Source: Pseudomonadota bacterium (GTDB lineage Bacteria > Myxococcota > JACRCW01 > JAFGSX01). Taken from it: a stretch of DNA of 64,000 nucleotides. The notes below the pieces were generated by a model. That model was not told the DNA's origin. It ran no database searches and was given only the letters and a program-made list of their open reading frames with translations. The stretch lies in assembly GCA_043821645.1 (NCBI GenBank), contig JBDRCO010000052.1, positions 64,001 through 128,000 on the forward strand, read 5' to 3'. The translations under genes were made by a program, and so were the position numbers. This document shows, piece after piece, positions 45,688 through 55,668 of this stretch (positions are counted from its first letter, which is position 1; every line of letters begins with the position of its first letter).

Positions 45688-48600
45688 ACGCCGAGCGCGC
45701 GCGCCTCTGCGTGGGGCTGGATATCGGCTCGACCACGGTCAAGACCGTCGTCGTCGAACGTGCATCGCGTCAGATCCTGTGGCGGGACTACAGGCGTCAC
45801 GAGGCCCGGCAGCTCGACGTGGCTGCCGACATGATCGAGAGGCTGTGTGCCGAGATCGGCGCTCGCCCTGGCCACGACCAGCTCTTTGTCACCGGCAGCG
45901 GCGCCCAGGTCATCGCCGAGGCTGCCGGGGTCCCGCTTGTGCACGAGGTCAACGCGGTGGTGGCGGCGGCGCGATCCCTGTATCCGAGCTGTCGCAGCAT
46001 CATCGAGCTGGGCGGACAGGACGCCAAGATCATCGTATTCCGCGAGAATGGCGACGAGCTCCGCCGGCACGCCTCGATGAACGACAAGTGCGCGGGCGGC
46101 ACCGGATCGGTCATCGACAAGCTGGGCATGAAGCTCGGATTCGACGAGGCGGGTCTGAGCCAGGCGCACCACGCGGGTCTGCGTATCCATCCCGTGGCTG
46201 CCAAGTGCGGGGTGTTTGCCGAGACGGATCTGATCGGCCTGCAAAAGCAGGGCGTGCCCGAGGACGAGCTGCTGGCGTCACTGTTCGACGCCATCGTGAT
46301 GCAGAACCTGGCCGTGCTGACCCGCGGCTTCACCTTGCTGCCGGATGTGCTGCTGGTGGGTGGCCCCCACGCCTTCATCCCGGGCATGGTCGAGGCCTGG
46401 CGCGAGGCCATCCCGCGCACCTGGAGTGAACGCGAGGTCGGGATCGCCGGGGACACGGCGGCGCAACACATCCTGGTCCCGGATGGCGCACACGATTTCG
46501 CGGCCCTGGGCGCCATCCTGGCGGGCCTCGAGGACGGCGTCAGCGGAGCCCTTCTCACGCCCACGGCCATGCGGCGCCTGGTCGAGACCCAGCGCCAGGT
46601 CGCGCGTACCCAGTACCTGGGTGAGCCCCTGGTCGTCGACGACGCCGAGCTGAAGGCCTTTCATGCGGCCTATGCCACGCCGCGCTTCGAGACCGCGCGC
46701 CTGGCCCCGGGCGAGACCGTGCGCGCCTACCTCGGCATCGATGGCGGTTCGACCAGCACCAAGGCGGTGCTCATGGCCGAGGACGGATCCGTGCTGGCCA
46801 AGTGCTATCGCCTGTCCTGCGGCAACCCCATCGTCGACGTCAAGAAGCTCGCTCACAGCCTGTGTGACGACATCGGCGCCCAGGGTGCTCGGCTCGAGAT
46901 CCTGGGCTGCGCCACCACCGGCTACGCCAAGGACATCCTGCACGACGCACTGAAGGCCGACGTCGCCCTGGTCGAGACCGTGGCGCACGCCAAGAGCGCC
47001 ATCGCGCTGTTCGGTCCGGACATCGACGTCATCTGCGACGTCGGGGGTCAGGACATCAAGCTGATCTTCCTGCGCGACGGGAATGTGGTCGACTTCCGGC
47101 TCAACACGCAGTGTTCCGCTGGCAACGGCTACTTCTTGCAGGGCACGGCCATCGCCTTTGGCCTGCCGGTGGAGCAGTACGCGGAGCATGCCTTTGCCGC
47201 CCGGGTGGCGCCGCGCTTCAGCTATGGCTGCGCCGTGTTCCTGCAGACCGACATCGCCGACTTCCAGCGCCGCGGCTTTTCCCGGGACGAGATCCTGGCC
47301 GGGCTGTGCCGGGTGCTGCCCCGGAACATCTGGCTTTACATTGCCAAGATGCCCAACCTGGCACGCCTGGGACGGCGCTTCGTGCTGCAGGGGGGGACCC
47401 AGTACAACCTGGCGGCGGTCAAGGCCCAGGTCGATTACATCGTCGAGCGCTTCGAGGGCAGTGGCTCCAGCCCCGACGTGCGGGTGCACCCCCACGCCGG
47501 CGAGGGGGGTGCCATTGGTGCGGCTCTCGAGGCCCAGCGCCTGGTCGAGGCAGGCCACCGCAGCACCTTCATAGGTCTCGACGCTCTGGCTAACCTCGAG
47601 CTGCAGGTCACCCGCGACGAGACCACCCGCTGTGGTTTCTGCAACAACAACTGCATGCGCACCTTTGTCGACGTGGACGAGGGCCCGGCGGCAGAACTCG
47701 CGGAGCATCTTGGCGACCTGGCCCATGCCACCAGGCGGCTCATTGTCGCTCCCTGCGAGACCGGCATGGCGGCCAGTGCCGAGGCCATGAAGGCGGTCAA
47801 CGCCCAGGTCAAGGCGGTCAAGCATGCCACCCCGAACCTGGTGGCGGAGCAGGCCCGCGACGCCTTCAAGCCCAGCGGATTGGGGCCGGTGGCCTCGGAC
47901 CTGGTTCGCGTGCGCGGTCATCGCTGGGCACGGCACGTCGAGAAACTGTTGCCTGCCGCGGCCCTGCAGCGGGACAGGCTGCGCATCGGCATCCCGCGGG
48001 TCATGTCGAACTACTCGCTGGCGCCGTTCTGGCGCGCGTACTTCGAGAGCCTGGGTGTGCTCCCGGATCACCTCGTGTTCTCGCCACCCACGTCGGAGAA
48101 GCTGTTCAAGGACGGCACCACCCGCGGCGCCATCGATCCCTGCTTCCCGAGCAAGCTGGCCCAGGCCCACGTCCACCACCTGCTGTACCGGACGCATACA
48201 CGGCAGCCTCTGGATGCGATCTTTTTTCCCATGGTCGACGCCCTGCCGACCTTTCTCGAGGACACCGAGCGGGCCTGTGCCTGCCCCACCACCACCTCGA
48301 CCCCGACCACCGTGCGCGCCGCCTTTTGCACCGAGCGCGATGTGTTCGCCGAACTCGGCGTGCCCTTGCTGTCGCCCCTGCTGGCCATGGATCACCCGGA
48401 CCTCGTCGAGCTCGAGCTGTTCCAGTCCCTGGCTGGCCTGCTCGGGTTGCGCCGGGGCGAGAACCGGCGCGCGGTGCAGCGTGCCTTCGACCATCTGCAG
48501 CACCACGACCTGAGGTGCCGTGAGCGCGGATTGCAGGTGATCCGAGAACTCGAGCGCACCGGCCAGGTCGGCATCGTCGTGCTGTCGCGGCCCTACCACG

Positions 48601-49103
48601 CGGACCCCGGCGTCAACCACGGCATCGTCGACGAACTGCAGAAGCGCGGCTACGCGGTGCTGGCCACGGACAGTCTGCCCTTGCACGACCCGGAGCTGCT
48701 CGCGCGGGTCTTCGCCGACGACCCGGCGCATGCCCTGCGCGTCAGCGACGTGTGGAAGAACAGCTTCTCCGAGAACACCAATCGCAAGCTGTGGGCTGCC
48801 AAGTTCGTGGCGCGCCACCCCAACCTGGTGGCCCTGGAGCTGTCGTCGTTCAAGTGCGGGCACGACGCCGCGGTCAACACGGTGGTCGAGAAGATCCTGG
48901 GCCACAGTGGCACACCGCACTTCGCCTTCAAGGAGATCGACGAGAACCGTCCCGCCGGCGCCATCAAGATCCGGGTCGAGACCATCGCCTACTTCCTGGA
49001 GCGCTACAGGCAGCGCTTGCAGGGGCACGAGGGTCGGGTGGACCTCGGATTGCGTCCGTCGGCGCCGCGTCCGCTGGCTCGGGGCCAGGAGGTGCAGCCA
49101 TGA
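45684..49103 (+). CDS. Double BadF/BadG/BcrA/BcrD ATPase (CoA-enzyme activase) plus DUF2229-like domain (PlsA-like)
   Basis: GLDIGSTTVK...ELGGQDAK...MNDKCAGGTG...CGVFAE; second copy GIDGGSTSTK...DVGGQDIK...CSAGNG...CAVF; CGFCNNNC; CFPSK, RPYH.DPG.NHGI, SFKCGHDA. Confidence 0.85.
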   Translation: MNAERARLCVGLDIGSTTVKTVVVERASRQILWRDYRRHEARQLDVAADMIERLCAEIGARPGHDQLFVTGSGAQVIAEAAGVPLVHEVNAVVAAARSLYPSCRSIIELGGQDAKIIVFRENGDELRRHASMNDKCAGGTGSVIDKLGMKLGFDEAGLSQAHHAGLRIHPVAAKCGVFAETDLIGLQKQGVPEDELLASLFDAIVMQNLAVLTRGFTLLPDVLLVGGPHAFIPGMVEAWREAIPRTWSEREVGIAGDTAAQHILVPDGAHDFAALGAILAGLEDGVSGALLTPTAMRRLVETQRQVARTQYLGEPLVVDDAELKAFHAAYATPRFETARLAPGETVRAYLGIDGGSTSTKAVLMAEDGSVLAKCYRLSCGNPIVDVKKLAHSLCDDIGAQGARLEILGCATTGYAKDILHDALKADVALVETVAHAKSAIALFGPDIDVICDVGGQDIKLIFLRDGNVVDFRLNTQCSAGNGYFLQGTAIAFGLPVEQYAEHAFAARVAPRFSYGCAVFLQTDIADFQRRGFSRDEILAGLCRVLPRNIWLYIAKMPNLARLGRRFVLQGGTQYNLAAVKAQVDYIVERFEGSGSSPDVRVHPHAGEGGAIGAALEAQRLVEAGHRSTFIGLDALANLELQVTRDETTRCGFCNNNCMRTFVDVDEGPAAELAEHLGDLAHATRRLIVAPCETGMAASAEAMKAVNAQVKAVKHATPNLVAEQARDAFKPSGLGPVASDLVRVRGHRWARHVEKLLPAAALQRDRLRIGIPRVMSNYSLAPFWRAYFESLGVLPDHLVFSPPTSEKLFKDGTTRGAIDPCFPSKLAQAHVHHLLYRTHTRQPLDAIFFPMVDALPTFLEDTERACACPTTTSTPTTVRAAFCTERDVFAELGVPLLSPLLAMDHPDLVELELFQSLAGLLGLRRGENRRAVQRAFDHLQHHDLRCRERGLQVIRELERTGQVGIVVLSRPYHADPGVNHGIVDELQKRGYAVLATDSLPLHDPELLARVFADDPAHALRVSDVWKNSFSENTNRKLWAAKFVARHPNLVALELSSFKCGHDAAVNTVVEKILGHSGTPHFAFKEIDENRPAGAIKIRVETIAYFLERYRQRLQGHEGRVDLGLRPSAPRPLARGQEVQP

Positions 49104-49720
49104 AGGCCCCGGAGCGTCGAGCCCAGGTGCTGGCAGTGGCCCGGGACGTGTTCGCCGAGCGCGGCTACCACGCGGCGCGCATCGACGACATCGTGGAGCG
49201 CGCGCGCATCGCCCGCGGGACCTTCTACCTGTACTTCGAGGACAAGCGCGCGGTGTTCAGCGAGCTCCTCGACGACCTGACCCGGCGCCTGCGTCAGGCG
49301 GTCCGCCGCGTCGACCTGGCCAGCGCAGAGTCTCCGGAGCAGCAGCTGCGTGAGAACGTGCGGCGGGTGCTGGTGATCCTGCTCGAGGAACGCGCCCTCA
49401 CCAAGATCCTGATCTCGGATGCCGTGGGGCTGGACCCTGGTTTCGACGAGAAACTGCACGCCTTTTACGACCACATCGCCGTGATCATCGAGGGCAGTCT
49501 GGCCGAGGGTGAGCGCCTTGGCCTGGTGCGTCCTCAGCACCGCCAGATCGCGGCCTGCGCCGTCATCGGATCGATCAAGGAGCTGTGCTATCGCAGCATC
49601 TTCGGGCGCCTCTACATTTCCGTGGACGAGGCCCTGGATGCGTTGTTCGAGCTGCACGGCCGGGCTCTGCTGGCGGGCCCTCTGGCCAGTGCGCTGGACC
49701 CCCCAGGGCCACTTGCCTGA
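49100..49720 (+). CDS. TetR/AcrR family transcriptional regulator
   Basis: FAERGYHAARIDDIVERARIARGTFYLYFEDK HTH; ATGA overlap with upstream gene. Confidence 0.92.
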   Translation: MKAPERRAQVLAVARDVFAERGYHAARIDDIVERARIARGTFYLYFEDKRAVFSELLDDLTRRLRQAVRRVDLASAESPEQQLRENVRRVLVILLEERALTKILISDAVGLDPGFDEKLHAFYDHIAVIIEGSLAEGERLGLVRPQHRQIAACAVIGSIKELCYRSIFGRLYISVDEALDALFELHGRALLAGPLASALDPPGPLA

Positions 49721-49858
49721 ACCGCAAGGCGCGCGAAAGCACACAGACTTTTTTTTATCGGCCGTTGACTCGGGCGGCGATTCGCACTACCAATCTGCGA
49801 CCCTGACCACCGTCATTTCTCGGCGAGGCTCCTGCTCGCCCCGTTTGGAGGACATGAG

Positions 49859-52800
49859 ATGGGTGCACTACACCGTCGTCTGACCGTGAAGCCGCTTGGC
49901 CGTCTGCTGTTGGCAGGGCTGGTCGTGCTTGTTCTGGGGGCCTGCGAGACCTCGGGCTGCATCCCAGGCTCGGTGGACCCGACCGGCGTCGAGCTCACCG
50001 GTACCGTACGTGTCCCGGCGGCGCTCAACCCGCTACTGCCCGGCGAGGCCGCGCAGGGGCCGACCATCCCCGAGGTCGAGCCCAACGACTACGACGCGCC
50101 CGTGGGCAGGCCGACCTACCAGGACATCGGCGCCGTCGAGACGGACGGCCCGTCCACCACGGTGACGGGCTCGATGAGCGGCAGCGACCTGCGCGACCGC
50201 TTTGTGTTCACCCTGACCAAGACCGGCTCGGTGACCATCTGGTACCAGCACACCTGCGACAGTGGTCTCAACAACCTGTGGTTCGCCAAGGGCACAGACC
50301 TGGCCGACGACTACTCCAACGTCATCACCATCGAGCAGATCGCTGGCAAGAACGACGGCGAGGACGCCATCAAGATCAGCGCCGTGCTCAAGGCCGGCGA
50401 GCAGTACCTGATCCACAACCGCTACATGGCCGAACAAGAGTGCGGCTACAAGATCCTGCTCGCCGCACAGGGCGGCACCATCTTGGGCAACGTCTACATC
50501 GGCGCCTTTGCCAACGACGCGCCCTACATCATCGACGACCGCTGGGCCAACAGCCAGCTCGACGGCGAGAAGTCCCGCCAACCCGTCGCGGGCACCCAGG
50601 CAGGCCACTTCGAGTTTGACGCCAGCGGTGACCTGGTCGGGACCTTCAAGGGCATCTTTGTACAGCCCGATCAGGACTACTACCTCTTTGCCTACGCAGA
50701 CAACGACGGCAGCAACTCCGCCGGCAACGCAGGCCTCAACTTCACCATCAACGGCCCACCCTCTGCGGCGGACTTCATCATGCCGTCAGCCCTCAAGATC
50801 CGGGTCAAGACGGACATGGATCCCCTGGCCCTGGTCGTCGACCGAGCCGTCACAGACTCCGATTTCGACGGGCTCCCCGATGCCGACATCAACGGTGATG
50901 GCCTGGGCGACGACAACTGCCCCACCGACTACAACCCTGATCAGAATGACCGGGATGGCGACAAGGTCGGTGATGTCTGCGACAACTGCCCCGACGTGTT
51001 CAACTGGGACCAGACCAACACCGACGGTGCGGGCAAGGGCGACGCTTGCAACGACAACGCCAACGCCATGTGCCCCTTCGTCGACAATCGTGAGCTGGCA
51101 AGCTGCCCCAGTGACACCGACGGCGACGAGATCGACGACGGCTACCTGGTGTGCCCGGACGAGAAGCGCATCTGCGATCCAGCCAAGCTGATCGTCATGG
51201 CCCTGGATAACTGCCCCAGCGTGGCCAACCCCGACCAGAGCGACAACGAGGGCGATGCCTTCGACGACAAGGGGGCCCTGCGCACGGGTGCGGACCGCGG
51301 TGGCGACGCCTGCGACGATGACGACGACAATGACGGCAAGAAGGACGATGCGGACAACTGCCCGCTGCTCGGCAACGCGGATCAGAAGGACGGCGACCAG
51401 GATACGGTCGGCGACGTCTGCGACAACTGCCTCGAGGTCGCCAATACCAACCAGAGTGATATCAACGGCGACGGCGTCGGCGACGCCTGCACCATCGACG
51501 ACGACGGTGATGGCGCCTGCGATCCCGGCAGCACGCCGGACGGGACCTGCGAGGGTGTGGACAACTGCCCCACGGTTGAGAACGCGGATCAGCTGGACAG
51601 CGACGGCGATGGCGTGGGGGATGCGTGCGACCTCTGCCCCGAGAACTGGAACGCGGCGCAGAGTGGTACCGCCGAGGACAGCGACGGCGACGGCGTGGGC
51701 ACCCTGTGTGACAATTGCCCGGATCTCGCCAATCCAGACCAGGCGGATCAGGACAGCGACGATATTGGCGACCTGTGCGACGCCGACGCCGACGGTGACG
51801 GCGTGGACGACACCATCGACAACTGCCCCGCAGTTCCCAATCCTCGCCCGGCCTGCGAGACCGAGCAGGACTGCGCAGGGGCCGGCCTGAGCTGCGGTTC
51901 CGATGGTTTTTGTACACAGCAGAAGAACTCGGACCCCGACGCCCTGGGCGACGCCTGCGACAACTGCCCGTTCAGCGACAACCCCCAGCAAGCAGACCGC
52001 GACGGCGATGGCGTGGGCGATGCCTGCGACGTGTGCCCCTGGGTCGAGGACCCCAAGCCGGCCTGCGACCCCGCGGGCAACGACGACAGTGGTGTCAACC
52101 CCGAGTGCGAGGGTGCCGGGGGCGTGTGCCAGCTCGATCCCTTCGACCCGGCGGCCGGCACCTGCCGCAGCCAGCCGGATACCGACCGCGACCGTACAGG
52201 CAACGCCTGTGATCCGGACGATGACGGTGATGAGGTCTGCGATCCCGGAGTCATCAACGCAGCGGTGTGCCAGGGCAGCGACAACTGCCCCTCGGAGCGC
52301 AATCCCGACCAGGCTGACGGCGATGTCGACGGCGTGGGTGACGTCTGTGATGCAGACACGGACCGCGATGCGGACGGCGTGCCCAATCCCCAGGATAACT
52401 GCCCTGGCGACGAGAATCCCAACCAGGAGGACAGCGACGCCGATGGCGTCGGTGATGCCTGCGACAACTGCCCGACGCGGGTCAATGCGCCTCCGTCCTG
52501 CGTCGTCGCGGCCGATTGCGGTGCTTACGGCGGCGTGTGCGAGTTCTCCCGCTGCATCAGCCAGGCGGATGCGGACGGCGACGGCGTCGGCGATCTGTGC
52601 GACCTCTGCATCAATGACGAGGATGCGGACCAGACCGATACCGATGGCGATCACATCGGCGACGCCTGCGATACCGACGATGACAATGACGGTATCGTGG
52701 ACGGCCAGGACAATTGCCCGCTGCGTGCCAATGCAAGCCAGGTAGACGCCGATCGCGACAACATCGGCGACGTCTGTGACAACTGCCTCGGCCTGTACAA

Positions 52801-55636
52801 CCCGGCCCAGGCGGACCACGACAGCGACGGGATAGGCAACGCCTGCGACAACTGTCCGGCCGTCGCCAATGCGGACCAGGCCAACAGCGACTCGGATCGG
52901 TACGGCAATGCCTGTGACAACTGCCCGGCACTGGCCAACCCTGCCCCGAGCTGCACGATTCACGACGATTGCGTGGGTGCCGGCGGTATCTGTCTCGGAG
53001 GGCAGTGCAAGGAACAGGCGGACCTCGACGGTGATGGTGTCGGCGACGCCTGCACGCCGGATGACGACGGAGATGGTTACTGCGGTGCCGGAGAGGATCT
53101 GGTCACAGGCATCACCTGTGCGGTCGACTCCGGCGGTGCGATCATCGAGGACAACTGTCCCACCGTTGCCAACGCCGACCAGGCGGACGCGAACAACGAC
53201 GGCGTGGGTGATGCGTGCGATCCCGACATCGACGGCGATGGCGTGGTCAATGGCGCGGACAACTGCGTCGAGCTGCGCAACGCCTGGACCGCTGTGGGTC
53301 CCCTGATGGAAACCGAGGATATCCCCGTGGGTCCCGGCGGCGAGGATGCCGGCGAGGACGCCGGTGCCGAGGACGCCGGTGCCGCCCAGGGAACCAATGA
53401 CACCAGCCCCGAGGACATGGGGACCTTGAACCTGGGCGAATACGTCCAGGCCTACGGTACCATCCAGGACGTTCCGGGAGAGACCCAGGATCAGTTCCAG
53501 ATCACCCCGGCGGCGGACGTCGTGGGCAAGTGGCTGCAGTTCGGTCTCAACGTGGACGACATGGACACCTATACCGAGGCGGACCTCGAGTGGACCGTGC
53601 CGGGAGCGACCGTGACCTGGAGCCCGGACGACCTCGGTGGCCCGTACTGGTTCGCAGCGCTCCAGGTTGCGAACACCAATCCCATCGTCATCACCGTGCG
53701 CAAGCCCGCGACCTCGACCGCCACCGGGGACATCGTGTACCGGCTGCGCTGGAGGGCAGGTGGCCAGACTGACATCGACCTCGATGCGATGGGAGATGTC
53801 TGCGACGTGTGCCCGGCTGTCGAGGATGACGGCACCGATACCGACGACGACGGCGTGGGCGATGCCTGCGACAACTGCATCCTGGCCGCCAATGCCGGCC
53901 AGACCGACACCAACACCGACGGCATAGGCGACGCCTGTGCCGGTGTGGACAACGACAACGACGGCGTGGCCAACGCCCAGGACAACTGCCCGGATGACGC
54001 CAACCCGGATCAGGCTGACGACGACGAAGACGATGTCGGTGACGCCTGCGATGGCAACGGTGACGGCGACACGATCCTGGATATCGATGACAACTGCCCC
54101 ACGGTGGACAACGAGAACCAGCTCGACACCGACGGCGATGACATCGGCGACGCCTGTGATGTCTGCGTCAACGTTCAGGACGACGGCAGCGACACCGACG
54201 AAGATGGCGTGGGCGACTTCTGTGACAACTGCGTCATCGTCGCCAACGCAGGCCAGGAAGACACGACGAACCCGGTCGACGGCATCGGCGATGCCTGCGA
54301 CGGCACCGACAACGACAATGACACCGTGGCCAACGCCACCGACAACTGCCCGGCCGATGCCAACACGGACCAGAGCGACCTCGATGGCGATGGCGTCGGC
54401 GATGTCTGCCTGGCTGCCGCCGACGACGACGACGGTGATTTCTGGAACAACACCCTCGACAACTGCATTGACGTGGTGAACCCCGATCAGATGGACCTGG
54501 ACCTGGACGGTCTGGGCGATGCCTGCGACGAGGACTCCGACGGCGACGGAATCTGCGATCCCAACCCGGCCACCCTGGCCACCGCTGCGCACTGCCTCGG
54601 CGTGGACAACTGTCCGAGTGTTGTCAACCCGGACCAGGCAGATGCGGATAGCAACGGAGTCGGAGATGCGTGCGAGGCGAGCGACGGGCCCTACGTGGCC
54701 AGCGAGCGCGAGCCCAATGACGTCACTGCCCAGGCTCAGGGCATCGGTTTGATCTTCCCGCAGATCCCCTACCTGATAAGTGGCACGGTCGACGACGACG
54801 ATAGCTGTGCCTGGTACCCGGACGTGTTCCTGGAGTCCTTCAGCCACGATGCAGATTTCTATACCTTCACGGTCACGGCCTCTGGTCAGCTCACCATGAC
54901 GCTCGACTGGCCGGGTGCAGGCGACCTCGATGCCGTGGTCATGGATAGCCGCGGTGTGGTGGTGGGCACGACAGACTCCGTGGTGGACGATTTTGCCTTC
55001 GCCAGCGGGGACAAGCCCGAGCGCCTGAGCGGTGGCTACCATGACCTGGACTACGACGGGGTACCCGAGATCGCGTTCACCGATCTCGCGGTGCAGAAGG
55101 ATGAAACCTTCTACGTGTTCGTGGCGGACTGCGCGGCGCCCGGCGGCCAGTACCAGCTCAGCATCATGCTGCGTGAGGACGCGGGCGAGCCCAACGAGGA
55201 CTTCACCCAGGCCGAAGACCTGGGGCCGCTGCTCGATGCGCTGCCCATCAACATCACAGGTGCTGTCAGCGGGACCGGTGCCTGCGACTGGTATCCCAAC
55301 ATCTTCTTCCTCGAGGCCGTGCATGACGACGTGGATCTGTTCACGTTCACGCCGCTCGAGGACGGCACGCTGACCGCCTTCCTGGACTGGGACGACGCGG
55401 CCGGCGACCTGGATGTCGTGGTCTTCGATGAGCGCGGTGTGGTCGAGGGTTCGACGGAGACCGTGCTGTCCTTCGGCGGGGCCGGGGCCAGCAAGCCCGA
55501 GATCATTCCTTCGGCAGACGATCCCACGATCGTTCACGTGACGGCGGACACCACCTACTACGTCGGCACATTCTTCTGCGACGCGGCAGGTGACGTCATC
55601 TATCGGTTGAACCTCACCCTGGACCAGGACAACTAG
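49859..55636 (+). CDS. Giant lipoprotein (1925 aa) with thrombospondin type-3 repeats and PPC-like domains
   Basis: Lipobox VLGAC; dozens of DNCP..xN.DQ.DxDxDGxGDACD units; E(V/R)EPND-initiated beta domains. Confidence 0.88.
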   Translation: MGALHRRLTVKPLGRLLLAGLVVLVLGACETSGCIPGSVDPTGVELTGTVRVPAALNPLLPGEAAQGPTIPEVEPNDYDAPVGRPTYQDIGAVETDGPSTTVTGSMSGSDLRDRFVFTLTKTGSVTIWYQHTCDSGLNNLWFAKGTDLADDYSNVITIEQIAGKNDGEDAIKISAVLKAGEQYLIHNRYMAEQECGYKILLAAQGGTILGNVYIGAFANDAPYIIDDRWANSQLDGEKSRQPVAGTQAGHFEFDASGDLVGTFKGIFVQPDQDYYLFAYADNDGSNSAGNAGLNFTINGPPSAADFIMPSALKIRVKTDMDPLALVVDRAVTDSDFDGLPDADINGDGLGDDNCPTDYNPDQNDRDGDKVGDVCDNCPDVFNWDQTNTDGAGKGDACNDNANAMCPFVDNRELASCPSDTDGDEIDDGYLVCPDEKRICDPAKLIVMALDNCPSVANPDQSDNEGDAFDDKGALRTGADRGGDACDDDDDNDGKKDDADNCPLLGNADQKDGDQDTVGDVCDNCLEVANTNQSDINGDGVGDACTIDDDGDGACDPGSTPDGTCEGVDNCPTVENADQLDSDGDGVGDACDLCPENWNAAQSGTAEDSDGDGVGTLCDNCPDLANPDQADQDSDDIGDLCDADADGDGVDDTIDNCPAVPNPRPACETEQDCAGAGLSCGSDGFCTQQKNSDPDALGDACDNCPFSDNPQQADRDGDGVGDACDVCPWVEDPKPACDPAGNDDSGVNPECEGAGGVCQLDPFDPAAGTCRSQPDTDRDRTGNACDPDDDGDEVCDPGVINAAVCQGSDNCPSERNPDQADGDVDGVGDVCDADTDRDADGVPNPQDNCPGDENPNQEDSDADGVGDACDNCPTRVNAPPSCVVAADCGAYGGVCEFSRCISQADADGDGVGDLCDLCINDEDADQTDTDGDHIGDACDTDDDNDGIVDGQDNCPLRANASQVDADRDNIGDVCDNCLGLYNPAQADHDSDGIGNACDNCPAVANADQANSDSDRYGNACDNCPALANPAPSCTIHDDCVGAGGICLGGQCKEQADLDGDGVGDACTPDDDGDGYCGAGEDLVTGITCAVDSGGAIIEDNCPTVANADQADANNDGVGDACDPDIDGDGVVNGADNCVELRNAWTAVGPLMETEDIPVGPGGEDAGEDAGAEDAGAAQGTNDTSPEDMGTLNLGEYVQAYGTIQDVPGETQDQFQITPAADVVGKWLQFGLNVDDMDTYTEADLEWTVPGATVTWSPDDLGGPYWFAALQVANTNPIVITVRKPATSTATGDIVYRLRWRAGGQTDIDLDAMGDVCDVCPAVEDDGTDTDDDGVGDACDNCILAANAGQTDTNTDGIGDACAGVDNDNDGVANAQDNCPDDANPDQADDDEDDVGDACDGNGDGDTILDIDDNCPTVDNENQLDTDGDDIGDACDVCVNVQDDGSDTDEDGVGDFCDNCVIVANAGQEDTTNPVDGIGDACDGTDNDNDTVANATDNCPADANTDQSDLDGDGVGDVCLAAADDDDGDFWNNTLDNCIDVVNPDQMDLDLDGLGDACDEDSDGDGICDPNPATLATAAHCLGVDNCPSVVNPDQADADSNGVGDACEASDGPYVASEREPNDVTAQAQGIGLIFPQIPYLISGTVDDDDSCAWYPDVFLESFSHDADFYTFTVTASGQLTMTLDWPGAGDLDAVVMDSRGVVVGTTDSVVDDFAFASGDKPERLSGGYHDLDYDGVPEIAFTDLAVQKDETFYVFVADCAAPGGQYQLSIMLREDAGEPNEDFTQAEDLGPLLDALPINITGAVSGTGACDWYPNIFFLEAVHDDVDLFTFTPLEDGTLTAFLDWDDAAGDLDVVVFDERGVVEGSTETVLSFGGAGASKPEIIPSADDPTIVHVTADTTYYVGTFFCDAAGDVIYRLNLTLDQDN

Positions 55637-55668
55637 GCGCAGGGCTTCACCAAGCGATGGAGAGAGCG

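Noticed and set aside
50786-55537. 1583-aa antisense ORF, and similar long shadows at 46278-49028, 39613-41811, 41956-43707 and 56092-57987
   Set aside because: They are antisense mirrors of well-supported genes; high-GC codon bias suppresses stop codons and they carry no family motifs.
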